Below, one piece after another: positions 18,201 through 27,163 of a stretch of 64,000 nt of DNA. The stretch spans positions 12,268 to 76,267 of the forward strand of contig CAIXBQ010000093.1 in assembly GCA_903917705.1 (NCBI GenBank), written 5' to 3'. Source of the stretch: an uncultured Verrucomicrobia subdivision 3 bacterium (lineage in GTDB: Bacteria; Verrucomicrobiota; Verrucomicrobiia; Limisphaerales; UBA11358). The translations under genes and the position numbers were made by a program. Each line of letters begins with the position of its first letter. Within the stretch, counting starts at the first letter, position 1. The notes under the pieces are model-generated. The model worked only from the letters and a program-made list of their open reading frames with translations. It searched no databases and was not told the DNA's origin.

Positions 18201-19775
18201 CTACTGTACGCGAGCCAGCCGCCGAGAACCCTTCCGCCGCCTCGGGTACTTTGTCCGTGGCGGCAGGGCGATGCCCGCCTTGGCCAGCTCCGCCTCTTGC
18301 GCCTTCTTGCGCTCGCGGGCTTCACGGGTGCTCTTGGCGGCCTTGCGCCGCTTGATTTCGTGCCACTCCGGCTCCTCGCCAAGGCAGGTTTTTTTGTCGT
18401 TGAATTGCAGGTTGCCCTCGGTGCGCCGCCGGAACAGGCGAGGCAGTTCGTCGTCAAGCCGCGCCCCGCTGAAGATGGCCGGGAGATCGTCGTCGATGAG
18501 GCGGGCCAGTGAATCCTGCAGCTTTGAAATATAGCCTGCTTTGAAGAAGCCATCCGCGCCCCGAGCTTCTGGCCGGGCGAGCGCGTCGGCCACGGCGTGG
18601 GAGATGGGCACGACCTTCTCGCCGTAGCAGATGGCGCGCTCAAGGTGCGACGGGCTGGTGATCCGCCGCACGTCGATGTCCGGGAAGTATCGGCGGGTCA
18701 GGCCCTGCCCGAACAAAGCCAAGCCCTCGTATACAAGGTCGCGGAGCGTGTCGGCGAGGAACTGGCCGCGAGCTTCGTCGCCGTTGACCACGGTGTGGCC
18801 GTGGAAGTTCACCCGGCTGGCACCGCCGGGGTTCAGGCGGACTTCAACCTCGTGTTTGTGGTGGTAGCCGTTGATGTGGCCACGGTGATAAAGCTCCGCG
18901 ATGGCCCACTGCATAACGACGCCGAGCACACGGGCATCCTCGTAGCCGTAGGAGGCGAGGTCGGGATCGTGGTCGTCAAGGCCGAGCACGACCGGGTACG
19001 GGTCGTAGCCACGGTTGCGGTCATGGGGGCGGTAGTCGTCAGGGTTAAAGTCGTTGCTCTGGCACTTGGCGTTGGCTGCATTGGTGGTCCAGCCGATGCT
19101 GAGGAAGTACCACGCCAGTGCCTTGAAAAACGCGCCAGACCCCTCGCTGAACGCCGAGACGAGGGCTTTCAGGATGTCGTTCCAGAGGCAGTTGGGGCAG
19201 ACGTCGGTCTTGTGGCACCGCCGGGAATTCTTGGCGCTGGCCCAGAGGCCGCATCGGACAAGCTTGTCGGTGATCGCGACCCGGCTGAACATGATCGGAA
19301 GGATGTAGTCCGTCCAGCCGATGTTCCGTTCGAGCTTGTTGAAATAGCCCAGCCGCCCGGATTCGCTGACACGGTTGATCTTGGCGCTGACGATCTCCAG
19401 CCATTGGCACACCTGCAAGTCGAGGTGCTTGCGGTGGAGGAACAGGTACGTGAAGTCCTGCACATCCAGAGCGCGCTTGGGATTCCATGACCAGTCGGCT
19501 ATTTCTTCAGCCAGCTCTGCGCGGAGTTTGCTTTCAGTTGCACGGGCTTCGCGCTTCGCGCGCTTCAGCTCATCGGCGCGTATGCGGTCAAGATGCCAGC
19601 GATCATCTCGCCGGATAGCTCGAATGGTTCTTTCGACGCGAAGGCGGTCAGCATCCGACCAGACCTCAATGGCTTGATCGATGGCGCGCTCGTCATTGGC
19701 GTCTTCAGACGCAGCGACGACAGTGCTAGCAGGTGTGAGCATATGCAAACGAGTGCTGAGCTGGAACACGAACAA
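18201..19775 (-). CDS. Putative HUH rolling-circle replication initiator (Rep); start may be ATG 19,742
   Basis: Cys cluster RRCHKTDVCPNC, motif 1-like YFLSIG, HUH motif NFHGHTVV, catalytic YGEK, basic C-terminus. Confidence 0.7.
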   Translation of the reverse strand: MFVFQLSTRLHMLTPASTVVAASEDANDERAIDQAIEVWSDADRLRVERTIRAIRRDDRWHLDRIRADELKRAKREARATESKLRAELAEEIADWSWNPKRALDVQDFTYLFLHRKHLDLQVCQWLEIVSAKINRVSESGRLGYFNKLERNIGWTDYILPIMFSRVAITDKLVRCGLWASAKNSRRCHKTDVCPNCLWNDILKALVSAFSEGSGAFFKALAWYFLSIGWTTNAANAKCQSNDFNPDDYRPHDRNRGYDPYPVVLGLDDHDPDLASYGYEDARVLGVVMQWAIAELYHRGHINGYHHKHEVEVRLNPGGASRVNFHGHTVVNGDEARGQFLADTLRDLVYEGLALFGQGLTRRYFPDIDVRRITSPSHLERAICYGEKVVPISHAVADALARPEARGADGFFKAGYISKLQDSLARLIDDDLPAIFSGARLDDELPRLFRRRTEGNLQFNDKKTCLGEEPEWHEIKRRKAAKSTREARERKKAQEAELAKAGIALPPRTKYPRRRKGSRRLARVQ

Positions 19776-20514
19776 GGTGAGCAGGAGCAGGAGCAGGGAA
19801 GCGTGGTGTGTGTAATAGCGTATTTGCCCTACAGTAGCGGAGTGCGGTAGATGCTTTCCTTGGCCGGTGATCCCAGACAGCAGAAGACCGCGCCGGGCGA
19901 CGCGGATGAAGATGGTCGCAAAAGTCAGCGACCAGCCCCCGTTTGACGGGGAGCGCGCCCAGCGCGGTCAAATTATTATGTTGTCGTTCGCTCTTCATCG
20001 CACGACGGCTGGAGTGCCAGCCGGTTTAACTACTCTTGCAATCGGTAAGAACTGATTTTTGAGCAGATGCGGTCAAAAATCGGGAAGGTATCAGGTGATC
20101 AGCTCTGGGCGGCGATGGCCCACTCGGTGGTGCCGCCGCCCTCGAACCCGCGCAGAAAGCCTACAAACAGAGGCTAGAAATCCAATCCGGTCGTCTCTAT
20201 GTGGCGACGGTTCGTAGTCGGGGGAAGCCTACGCTGAAGGTGTATACGACGTTCAGCAGGGGCGGCGGACAGTGGTGACTCATAGACGTGGCGTCCAAGG
20301 TCTCGGTGCAAGCAGGTGGAGCTGGTCAGGTCAAGTGAAGGCGGTGCGGTGACTGCTGGTGCAGCTCCGGTTTGCCGCAGATCACGTATTCGCCCACCGG
20401 CTATGCCGGGGAAACCGCACCGGAGGCGTGGTGGCGGAGGGGCACAGATCGCAGGTGCTAATCGCTAAAATCCCGTGGGCCGGGTCGGGCCGGGTCGATA
20501 GCAGTTCAGGATAT

Positions 20515-20533
20515 CGAGTGTTGCGAGTGTTGC
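20515..20533. repeat. Left copy of a 19-bp inverted repeat (two 9-bp units) flanking the YfjI gene
   Basis: CGAGTGTTGCGAGTGTTGC is the exact reverse complement of 21,997-22,015. Confidence 0.9.
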
Positions 20534-20540
20534 AGTTTGC

Positions 20541-22037
20541 TTATTTCTTTTCACGGTACCGCGTCTCAGTATGACCGCCACGCAGTGGACGATGGCTTTC
20601 ACTGGTAAGCCTGCCATCGGCAACCATCTTTTGCAGCAGTTGCTGCGCCCCCAGCGAAGTTGAAACAATCCGCGCCATAACCGGATCACGAGCGTTGATC
20701 CAGTCTTTGGATTCCGACTTGGCCAACTGTGACCGCAGCAACTCCAGCACTCTTTTTTCATGATTCTCGCTTTCTTCTGCCCGTGTCTGTGCCAGCAGGG
20801 CGATCTGTTGTGCGGAAAACCAATCGGCGATCTCAATCGCAGATTCAATGCACCGAACTTCTTTCGAATGGGCACGCTTGCCGTGGCTGGCGGCATGGAG
20901 CACCACCGCCAAACGCCACGCCTGTTCCGTCCAGCGAGCGGCAAAACTGTCCATGTCCGCCAAGCTCAACATTCGGCGGTCGATCGTTTCGTTGAAGTGG
21001 TTAGCCATCAGCGTTGGGCCAATCTCCGATGGCAAGAGAACCGGCGGCTTGTTTGACTTCAGATGATAGATGGGATGGTAGCTTTCGTGCAAATCAAGCC
21101 ATAATTTCTGCCAGTCAACGAGCACATCTTTGCTCATGGTTTCAGCAGGTTGTTGGAGATCAATTTTCTGTGGTCGTGTCTCAATCTGGCAGGCAAGTAT
21201 GCGAGCGAGCAGGCCATCCTCGCGGAAGCTCTGCTGACAAAAAAGCGTGTTAAGTTTTCGGGGCTGCATCAGCCAGAGTACCGTCAGGCAGGGGTCGGTC
21301 AGTTTAACGGAATCACGCCCGATGCGATTCACGCCGCCGTGATAGCCGCCTGAATACGCCCGGAGATAAATCCCTTCCTCCGTCCCCCTGCTGAAGCGCC
21401 CCATCAAGTTGCCGAGAATGGCATCCCCGGCCTCGTCCGATGCGGAGAACATGGGATTCCGGCTCAAAAGTTTTTCCAATGCTGCACCGGTGGCATCGTC
21501 GCACACGATTTGACGCGCAGCGACTGTCAGGGCGGCTTTTCTATCCAGCAGGGTTGCGAGCTTCTTTTTTAGTCCGGGAGCTGCGTTGCCAAGATCGTTT
21601 TCACGGATGAGTTCAGCCTTCAACTTCCGGATGCTGTCATCAAGCAGCATACGGTCGACTTGCTTGCGCGACTGTGTCTGCTTGCCCTGAACATCCAGCC
21701 AACGCTGCTGCTCAAAGACTGGTTCCAGTATAGTCTTGAACACCTCGGATTTGCCGGAGCCGCTCGCAACACCTGCGGCTATGTAGATGTTTCCGCGCAA
21801 GGTGCGGTTGCCGCCGGTGCGGATACGTAGCCCGGAGCCGATAGCGGCGCTGACCGCCGCCAAAGCGCAGCAGGCTGGCAGGGCGTCCGGCACACGAAGG
21901 GAGTCGGCAACCATCTCAACCATGTTGCGCATGATCGGTGGGAGCGCCGACACGGGGAAAGATCGGTCAACCACGGCATTCAATTCGGACGGGGTCGCAA
22001 CACTCGCAACACTCGCAGCGCTCGCGGAGTTTGGCAT
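20541..22037 (-). CDS. YfjI/DUF3987-family P-loop NTPase (putative replicative helicase of the element)
   Basis: 498 aa; FPVSALP N-terminus, Walker A GVASGSGKS, DATGAAL, SDEAG, VNRIGR, GLLARIL. Confidence 0.85.
   Translation of the reverse strand: MPNSASAASVASVATPSELNAVVDRSFPVSALPPIMRNMVEMVADSLRVPDALPACCALAAVSAAIGSGLRIRTGGNRTLRGNIYIAAGVASGSGKSEVFKTILEPVFEQQRWLDVQGKQTQSRKQVDRMLLDDSIRKLKAELIRENDLGNAAPGLKKKLATLLDRKAALTVAARQIVCDDATGAALEKLLSRNPMFSASDEAGDAILGNLMGRFSRGTEEGIYLRAYSGGYHGGVNRIGRDSVKLTDPCLTVLWLMQPRKLNTLFCQQSFREDGLLARILACQIETRPQKIDLQQPAETMSKDVLVDWQKLWLDLHESYHPIYHLKSNKPPVLLPSEIGPTLMANHFNETIDRRMLSLADMDSFAARWTEQAWRLAVVLHAASHGKRAHSKEVRCIESAIEIADWFSAQQIALLAQTRAEESENHEKRVLELLRSQLAKSESKDWINARDPVMARIVSTSLGAQQLLQKMVADGRLTSESHRPLRGGHTETRYREKK
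21997..22024. repeat. Right copy of the 19-bp inverted repeat plus a third degenerate 9-bp unit
   Basis: G-CAACACTCG-CAACACTCG-CAGCGCTCG. Confidence 0.9.
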
Positions 22038-22489
22038 GCCCCATCGTTATGGGCAGCATCATCCAACGTCAATGCTGAAATTCTTCGGTGTGCAGATCGC
22101 TCGGGTTCTGCGCAGTGTGCTGGTTGCAGGCCCGCATGGATGACCTCCGTCCTACCGCACGCTGCGCGGCGGGCAGTGGCGACTCGTTGTCGAGCCTAGC
22201 GTTCGTTCCGCAGGGTCGGCTGGCTGTGCTGGTAACGATGTCTGGTTGCTACGCAGGGCCGTAGAGGGCGCGGGCACAGTCCGCACTGCGGCGTGAGTCA
22301 GGGCCGGTGATGGCGTTGGTGGCCCGGAAGCCTTCTGCACGCATAGGAGCCGCCGTCCAGCTTGGCTACAAGTGTATACAGCGTTGATGATTTTCCTCCC
22401 GACGCGGCGCTTCAACTGGGAACCGCCCGCCTGCATCAGACACCGGGCGATGGACTCAGCTGAATACGAAGGGACGTATTGGCAGGCAG

Positions 22490-23812
22490 CTACACCACCG
22501 ACTCTCGCTCCGGCTGCGGGATGGCCTGCTTGGGCGCGGTGATGGTTTTTCCATTGTCGTCGGGCAAGATGTCGAACCACTCCTTTGCCACGGCGTCGGT
22601 GATACTTGTCGCCTTGCACCAATAATGCCGTTCAAATTCGGTCAGGCTGTTCCCCATCGCCTTTACGACCTCGGCAGGGTCTTTGCACATTTTCAAATAA
22701 TATGTCCCGAAGCTGTGGCGCGGTGCATTATCTTTCCATTTGACGCCCGTTTTTCTGCTGATGTAGCCGGGCAGTTCGTCGATTCTTCGCATCGTTTTCA
22801 AATGATCCGGCAGGATATTCCCACTGTCTTTCCGATGCTTGAGAAGCCAAGATTTCAAATTGTTCTGAATTGGTACTGACCGTTCAACTCCAGTTTTGGT
22901 TTGCTTTGCCTCCATCAAAATACAGCCGGTTTCCAACCCACGATTGACCTGATCCCAGCTCATGCGGCTGATCTCCTCTTTGCGGATTCCAGCGAACAGC
23001 CACAGTGCGAGCATGGGTACAAGGTCGGCGTCAATGCGGGTTAGGATTTGCTTCGCCTCTGAAGGCTCAAAAACTTGTACGGTCGACCTGACCACCTTCT
23101 TGCGCTGGATGGTTTTGGTAGGATTGTAGCCTTTCGGCACCCAGTTGCGGAACTGGGCTTCTAGATAAAGTAGCGACACGCCGCCAAGGAAATCGTTGTG
23201 CGATTTGGGTGCCCACGTGTTCGAATCCACAAAATCTTGCAGCTCTACCCGGTTGATCTCATTGAGGGACTTCTGGCTGAATTTTTCAGCAAATCTGTTC
23301 ACGTAGCTGGACAATGATCGCAGGCGACGTTCGCTGATTCTGAGTTTCTTCGTGGCCAAAAACTCGCGTGCCGCGTCCTTCGCCAGCTTCGGTGTATGAG
23401 GCTTGTCCGGGCGGTTCTGCGCGTAGTGCTGGCAAGCTGCAAGCAACTCGTCGCTCTTGCCGCCCAAGATTTGCACAGCTTGCGCAAACAACTGGCAGGC
23501 TGGCAGCAGATTCATTCCGGTTGGCTCCACAGTGTCGAGTGACCGGCGGATTTCCACCCGGAGGTCATCTGCCCAAAACAAAACCTCGGACTTGCCGCTG
23601 TGAGTCGCCTCGGCGATCTCCAAAGCCTTCTCCTTGGCCTCGCTCAAGTTAGCGAAGCTCCAGAATTTGCGCCTGCCGCTGCTGTGGTCAGGCAGGCTAT
23701 AGCTCGTGTATACACTGCCTTGTTTGATCTGTTTCCGTGCGTAGATAGGCACCTTTACGTTGCCTCGTTGAATGCGGCACACCGGTTTTCTGTTTCTTGA
23801 TATTGTAGCCAT
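22490..23812 (-). CDS. Tyrosine recombinase / integrase
   Basis: 440 aa; LFAGIRKEE (R), KTG (K), NAPRHSFGTY, MGNS and HY (catalytic Tyr); N-terminal arm/core-binding region. Confidence 0.92.
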   Translation of the reverse strand: MATISRNRKPVCRIQRGNVKVPIYARKQIKQGSVYTSYSLPDHSSGRRKFWSFANLSEAKEKALEIAEATHSGKSEVLFWADDLRVEIRRSLDTVEPTGMNLLPACQLFAQAVQILGGKSDELLAACQHYAQNRPDKPHTPKLAKDAAREFLATKKLRISERRLRSLSSYVNRFAEKFSQKSLNEINRVELQDFVDSNTWAPKSHNDFLGGVSLLYLEAQFRNWVPKGYNPTKTIQRKKVVRSTVQVFEPSEAKQILTRIDADLVPMLALWLFAGIRKEEISRMSWDQVNRGLETGCILMEAKQTKTGVERSVPIQNNLKSWLLKHRKDSGNILPDHLKTMRRIDELPGYISRKTGVKWKDNAPRHSFGTYYLKMCKDPAEVVKAMGNSLTEFERHYWCKATSITDAVAKEWFDILPDDNGKTITAPKQAIPQPERESVV

Positions 23813-23856
23813 ACGCAGCTAAGAACTGTTTTTTTGCGGCTGCGTAAGCCGAGGTG

Positions 23857-23876
23857 TGTTGGGAATTTGTTGGGAA
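23857..23876 (+). repeat. 9-bp direct repeat, probable integrase arm-type sites
   Basis: TGTTGGGAA at 23,857 and 23,868 (11-bp period), between the integrase start and the putative att core. Confidence 0.65.
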
Positions 23877-23931
23877 AATCGTTTTTCAACAATCAGGGTC
23901 AACAAAACACCGGTAAAATAAGGGGATTCCC

Positions 23932-23968
23932 GCGAAAGTCCGAGTGCGCCATATGCGCAACCGAGCCA
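23932..23968 (+). other. Putative att core resembling the duplicated 3' end of SRP RNA (ffs)
   Basis: GCGAAAGTCCGAGTGCGCCATATGCGCAACCGAGCCA sits at the island/backbone boundary. GTGCGCC and terminal CCGAGC recall the 3' strand of bacterial SRP RNA; the conserved GGAA-tetraloop domain is absent. Confidence 0.45.
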
Positions 23969-24005
23969 TGTATTTTGCCCGATGCATTTGCGGACGCAAG
24001 CGATT

Positions 24006-25211
24006 TCAGCGGCCCAACAGCCAGTTCCAGCCACGCCAGCGGCCGGGCTGCGTTGGGTTGAACCCGCCGGCCGGCCGGTCCAAATCAAATTGAAACAAAA
24101 CGCTGATGCTGTTGGCCCCGCGCCCGGAGGAACGGAACGCGTCAATGCCGTAGGCGTAGGCGACGGCGCATTTGATGCGGTCTGAAGGCGAGCGATACAA
24201 AATCCCCGCGCCGACACCGCTGACCCAATCCCCCGGCTGCTCCGTGCCGGACAGATATTTAATACCCGCCGTCGCGCCGTTAAACACAAGATTCCAGCGC
24301 TGACTCGGGGCGATGGGCAGGAGGTAGCTGGCGTTGATCAGCGCGAACTGGCGCGCGCTCAATTCCTGAAAATAGTAGCCGGGCAGGGAAAGCGGGTATT
24401 CTGCCACCAGCGGAAGAAAGCCGCCGAGGCGATATGCGCTTAAACGGTCGGCGTCCAGGCTGGTTCCGGCAATGAGCCGTACGAAAAAGTTTTGTTTGCT
24501 CTGCGGCAAAGTGTAGGACAGCGCAGCCGACGCCCAAAACAAATGCGTGTCCGGCTCCAGTTCACGGTCGCCGTGGTAGCCATACGCGGTAGGGCCGGTG
24601 CGAAATTCTCCCTGATACCACACAGCCAGTTCCATCGCCAGTTCGGGAAAAAGCGTCGGTTCGATGCCGCCCCAGCGCAAACCCGTGCGGATGCTGAAGG
24701 TCGTGCCGTCGTCGGGCGGCTGGAAACCGGCCACCGTGCTGTCGTTAGGTTCATAGGCCGAATAATGCGCCCCGCCGCGCACGACAAGGTTCAGAGGGAT
24801 GAGCTGACCGGGATTGAACAGGTGATAAATGCTTGAAGAAAGTTCCGCTCCGTGGCCGTCGTAAGATTCCTCCTCGATCCATTTGCCGCCACGAATTTCA
24901 TTGTAGCTGTCGGCAAAACCGCCGCCGGCCAAGCCAAGTGCAAAATCGGTGTCGGGGCCAAAGCCGTGAACAAAACCGATTTCGGTATCGAGATACACAG
25001 GTGCGAGCGCGAGCCGCCAGGTGAGGTTCGTGCGCAGGCAGTCCGGCTGGTTGTGATAGTAAAATGCATAGCCCGCCAAGGGCGCGCGCCCCTCGACGGG
25101 CTGGTTGTAGCCGAACTGAATGAGGTCGCGCTTGACCGGGTCAATCTGTGCGGCGGCCATGACCGGCAGAAATGGAATCAGCCAGCGCAGACCGCGCACA
25201 ATGCCATGCAT
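24006..25211 (-). CDS. Putative outer-membrane beta-barrel / exported protein
   Basis: Signal-peptide-like N-terminus (LRWLIPFLPVMAAA-Q) and alternating aromatic/Gly beta-strand patterns. The ORF track extends to 25,412, but that part overlaps carB. Confidence 0.65.
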   Translation of the reverse strand: MHGIVRGLRWLIPFLPVMAAAQIDPVKRDLIQFGYNQPVEGRAPLAGYAFYYHNQPDCLRTNLTWRLALAPVYLDTEIGFVHGFGPDTDFALGLAGGGFADSYNEIRGGKWIEEESYDGHGAELSSSIYHLFNPGQLIPLNLVVRGGAHYSAYEPNDSTVAGFQPPDDGTTFSIRTGLRWGGIEPTLFPELAMELAVWYQGEFRTGPTAYGYHGDRELEPDTHLFWASAALSYTLPQSKQNFFVRLIAGTSLDADRLSAYRLGGFLPLVAEYPLSLPGYYFQELSARQFALINASYLLPIAPSQRWNLVFNGATAGIKYLSGTEQPGDWVSGVGAGILYRSPSDRIKCAVAYAYGIDAFRSSGRGANSISVLFQFDLDRPAGGFNPTQPGRWRGWNWLLGR

Positions 25212-25301
25212 GGACCGTTTGATAAAGGATTCCAAGCACGGCGGCAAGGCCGTTTGCTCATACTTTCTGGACACGCGCGGGAAAATTCGGCTTACTATGG
25301 C

Positions 25302-25310
25302 TGCTATAAT
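25302..25310 (+). promoter_or_regulatory. Extended -10 promoter element for the split carB gene (probably leaderless mRNA)
   Basis: TGCTATAAT ends 7 nt before ATG 25,318; no Shine-Dalgarno. Confidence 0.55.
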
Positions 25311-25317
25311 TTCGCCC

Positions 25318-27111
25318 ATGCCGCCGCTTAACGCTGAAATACTCGCCCAAGCCAAGTCGCTCGGATTTTCCGACCGGCAGATCGCCCATTTGACCGGAAC
25401 CACGGAGGACAAAATCCGCGCGCAACGGAAAAAGCTAAACCTGGTCCCTAGCTATCGGCTGGTGGACACCTGCGCGGCGGAGTTTGAGGCTTATACGCCG
25501 TATTATTATTCCACCTACGACCGGGGCGACGACGAGGTCAAACCGGATTCGCCGAAGACAAAAGTGATGATTCTCGGCGGCGGGCCGAACCGGATCGGCC
25601 AAGGGATTGAATTCGATTACTGCTGTGTCCATGCCGCGTTTGCGCTCAAGGAAGACGGCTTCGAGACGATCATGGTAAACTCGAATCCCGAAACGGTTTC
25701 AACGGATTATGACACCAGCGACAAATTGTTTTTCGAGCCGCTCACCCTCGAAGACGTATTGCACATTTACGAACGCGAAAAATGCTGGGGGGCGATCGCG
25801 CAATTCGGCGGGCAGACGCCGCTGAATCTCGCGCTCGGCCTTCAGAAGAACGGGGTCAACATCATCGGCACCTCGCCGCAGAGCATCGAGGTGGCCGAGG
25901 ACAGAAAGCTTTTCGCCGCGATGCTGCGCAAGCTGGACATCCCGCAGCCGCCAAACGGCCTGGCTACGAATGCCGAGGAAGCGCTGGAAGCGTCAAAAAA
26001 ACTTGGCTATCCCGTGCTGGTCCGTCCAAGTTTCGTGCTCGGCGGCCGCGCCATGCAGATTGTCTATTCCGATGCCGAGCTGTCGCATTACATGAAATTC
26101 GCCGTCGAGGCCTCGCCGGAACGGCCGGTGCTCGTGGACAAATTCCTGGAAGATGCGACGGAAGTGGATGTGGACTGCATCACGGATGTCGGTCTGCCGG
26201 ATGGCGGCACGATTGTCATCGGTGGGATGCTGGAGCACATCGAATACGCCGGCATCCATTCCGGGGACGCCGCGATGGTGCTACCGCCGCACACCCTGAC
26301 CAAAAAAATCATCGCCACCATCCGCGAATACACGCACGCGATGGCCCGCGAACTCCAGGTCATCGGCCTGATGAACGTCCAATATGCGGTGAAAGGGGAT
26401 ACGGTTTATGTCCTCGAAGTTAATCCGCGCGCCTCGCGCACCGTGCCGTTTGTGAGCAAGGCCATCGGCTTTCCGCTTGCCAAGCTCGCGGCCAAAGTGA
26501 TGGCGGGGAAAACCTTGAAGGAGCTGAATTTTACCGAGGAAATCTGGCCGAAATATTGGGCCGTCAAGGAATCCGTTTTCCCGTTCAACCGTTTTCACGG
26601 CCAGGACATTTTACTATCGCCGGAAATGCGCTCCACCGGCGAAGTCATGGGGCTTGATGCCGACCGCGGCATCGCCTACGCCAAATCCCAGATGGCCGCC
26701 GGTTCGCCGTTGCCGCTCGGCGGAAAAATTTTCATCAGTGTCAGCGATGTTCACAAAAAGAAAATCGTCGAGGTGGCCCGGCAGTTTGCCGAACTGGGTT
26801 TTGAACTCGTTGCCACCGGCGGCACCGCCACGGCGCTGGAGAAGGCGGGGCTGAAGGTGGAGCGCATCTTTAAACTGACCGAAGGCCGGCCCAACGCGAT
26901 TGACCTGCTTAAAAACAAGGAGCTTCAGCTGGTCATCAATACGCCCAGCGGGGCCACGCCGCGCGCCGACGAAATCAAGATCCGCACCACCGCCGTATAT
27001 ACCGGCACGCCGATCATGACGACGATATCCAGTGCGCAGGCCGCGGCCCGCGGCATCGCCGCCCTGAAAAAATCCGGCTATGATGTGAAGACCGTGCAGG
27101 AATACCACTGA
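25318..27111 (+). CDS. carB: Carbamoyl-phosphate synthase large subunit, C-terminal half only (split CarB)
   Basis: Begins at AKSLGFSDRQIA/VDTCAAEF; contains GGGPNRIGQGIEFDYCC, one ATP-grasp domain (EVNPRASRTVPF) and an MGS domain; ~597 aa. Confidence 0.92.
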   Translation: MPPLNAEILAQAKSLGFSDRQIAHLTGTTEDKIRAQRKKLNLVPSYRLVDTCAAEFEAYTPYYYSTYDRGDDEVKPDSPKTKVMILGGGPNRIGQGIEFDYCCVHAAFALKEDGFETIMVNSNPETVSTDYDTSDKLFFEPLTLEDVLHIYEREKCWGAIAQFGGQTPLNLALGLQKNGVNIIGTSPQSIEVAEDRKLFAAMLRKLDIPQPPNGLATNAEEALEASKKLGYPVLVRPSFVLGGRAMQIVYSDAELSHYMKFAVEASPERPVLVDKFLEDATEVDVDCITDVGLPDGGTIVIGGMLEHIEYAGIHSGDAAMVLPPHTLTKKIIATIREYTHAMARELQVIGLMNVQYAVKGDTVYVLEVNPRASRTVPFVSKAIGFPLAKLAAKVMAGKTLKELNFTEEIWPKYWAVKESVFPFNRFHGQDILLSPEMRSTGEVMGLDADRGIAYAKSQMAAGSPLPLGGKIFISVSDVHKKKIVEVARQFAELGFELVATGGTATALEKAGLKVERIFKLTEGRPNAIDLLKNKELQLVINTPSGATPRADEIKIRTTAVYTGTPIMTTISSAQAAARGIAALKKSGYDVKTVQEYH

Positions 27112-27163
27112 TCTGGCCGCGCCGATTGTAACGGGGGCGGGGGCAGATGCCGTCCAAAATCTG

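Larger units (their letters stand above)
1..23968. mobile_element. Integrative genomic island (right part) carrying BREX defence cargo and a Rep/ParB/YfjI/integrase module; left end lies outside the window
   Basis: Tyrosine integrase next to arm-type direct repeats and a putative att core at ~23,932-23,968. Defence and replication genes lie to the left, housekeeping-type genes immediately to the right. Confidence 0.8.

Noticed and set aside
20025-20045. pC194-type nick site (CTTG/ATA) for the Rep
   Set aside because: Only a partial match (CTCTTGCAA), and on the strand opposite rep; insufficient support.
17860-20540. CRISPR array or retron msr-msd in the repeat-rich intergenic regions
   Set aside because: No regularly spaced 25-40-bp repeats, and no cas or reverse-transcriptase gene in the window.
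1840-23715. Apparent enrichment of GTATAC in the island
   Set aside because: Several copies were noticed, but I could not count the backbone exhaustively by eye, so enrichment is not established.
23932-23968. tRNA or tmRNA 3' end (ends in CCA)
   Set aside because: No GTTC T-loop and no cloverleaf; kept only as a possible SRP-like att fragment.
25120-25412. Extended, mutually overlapping N-termini of carB and the outer-membrane protein
   Set aside because: Longest-ORF artefacts; downstream starts at 25,318 and 25,211 fit the domain boundary, promoter and signal peptide.
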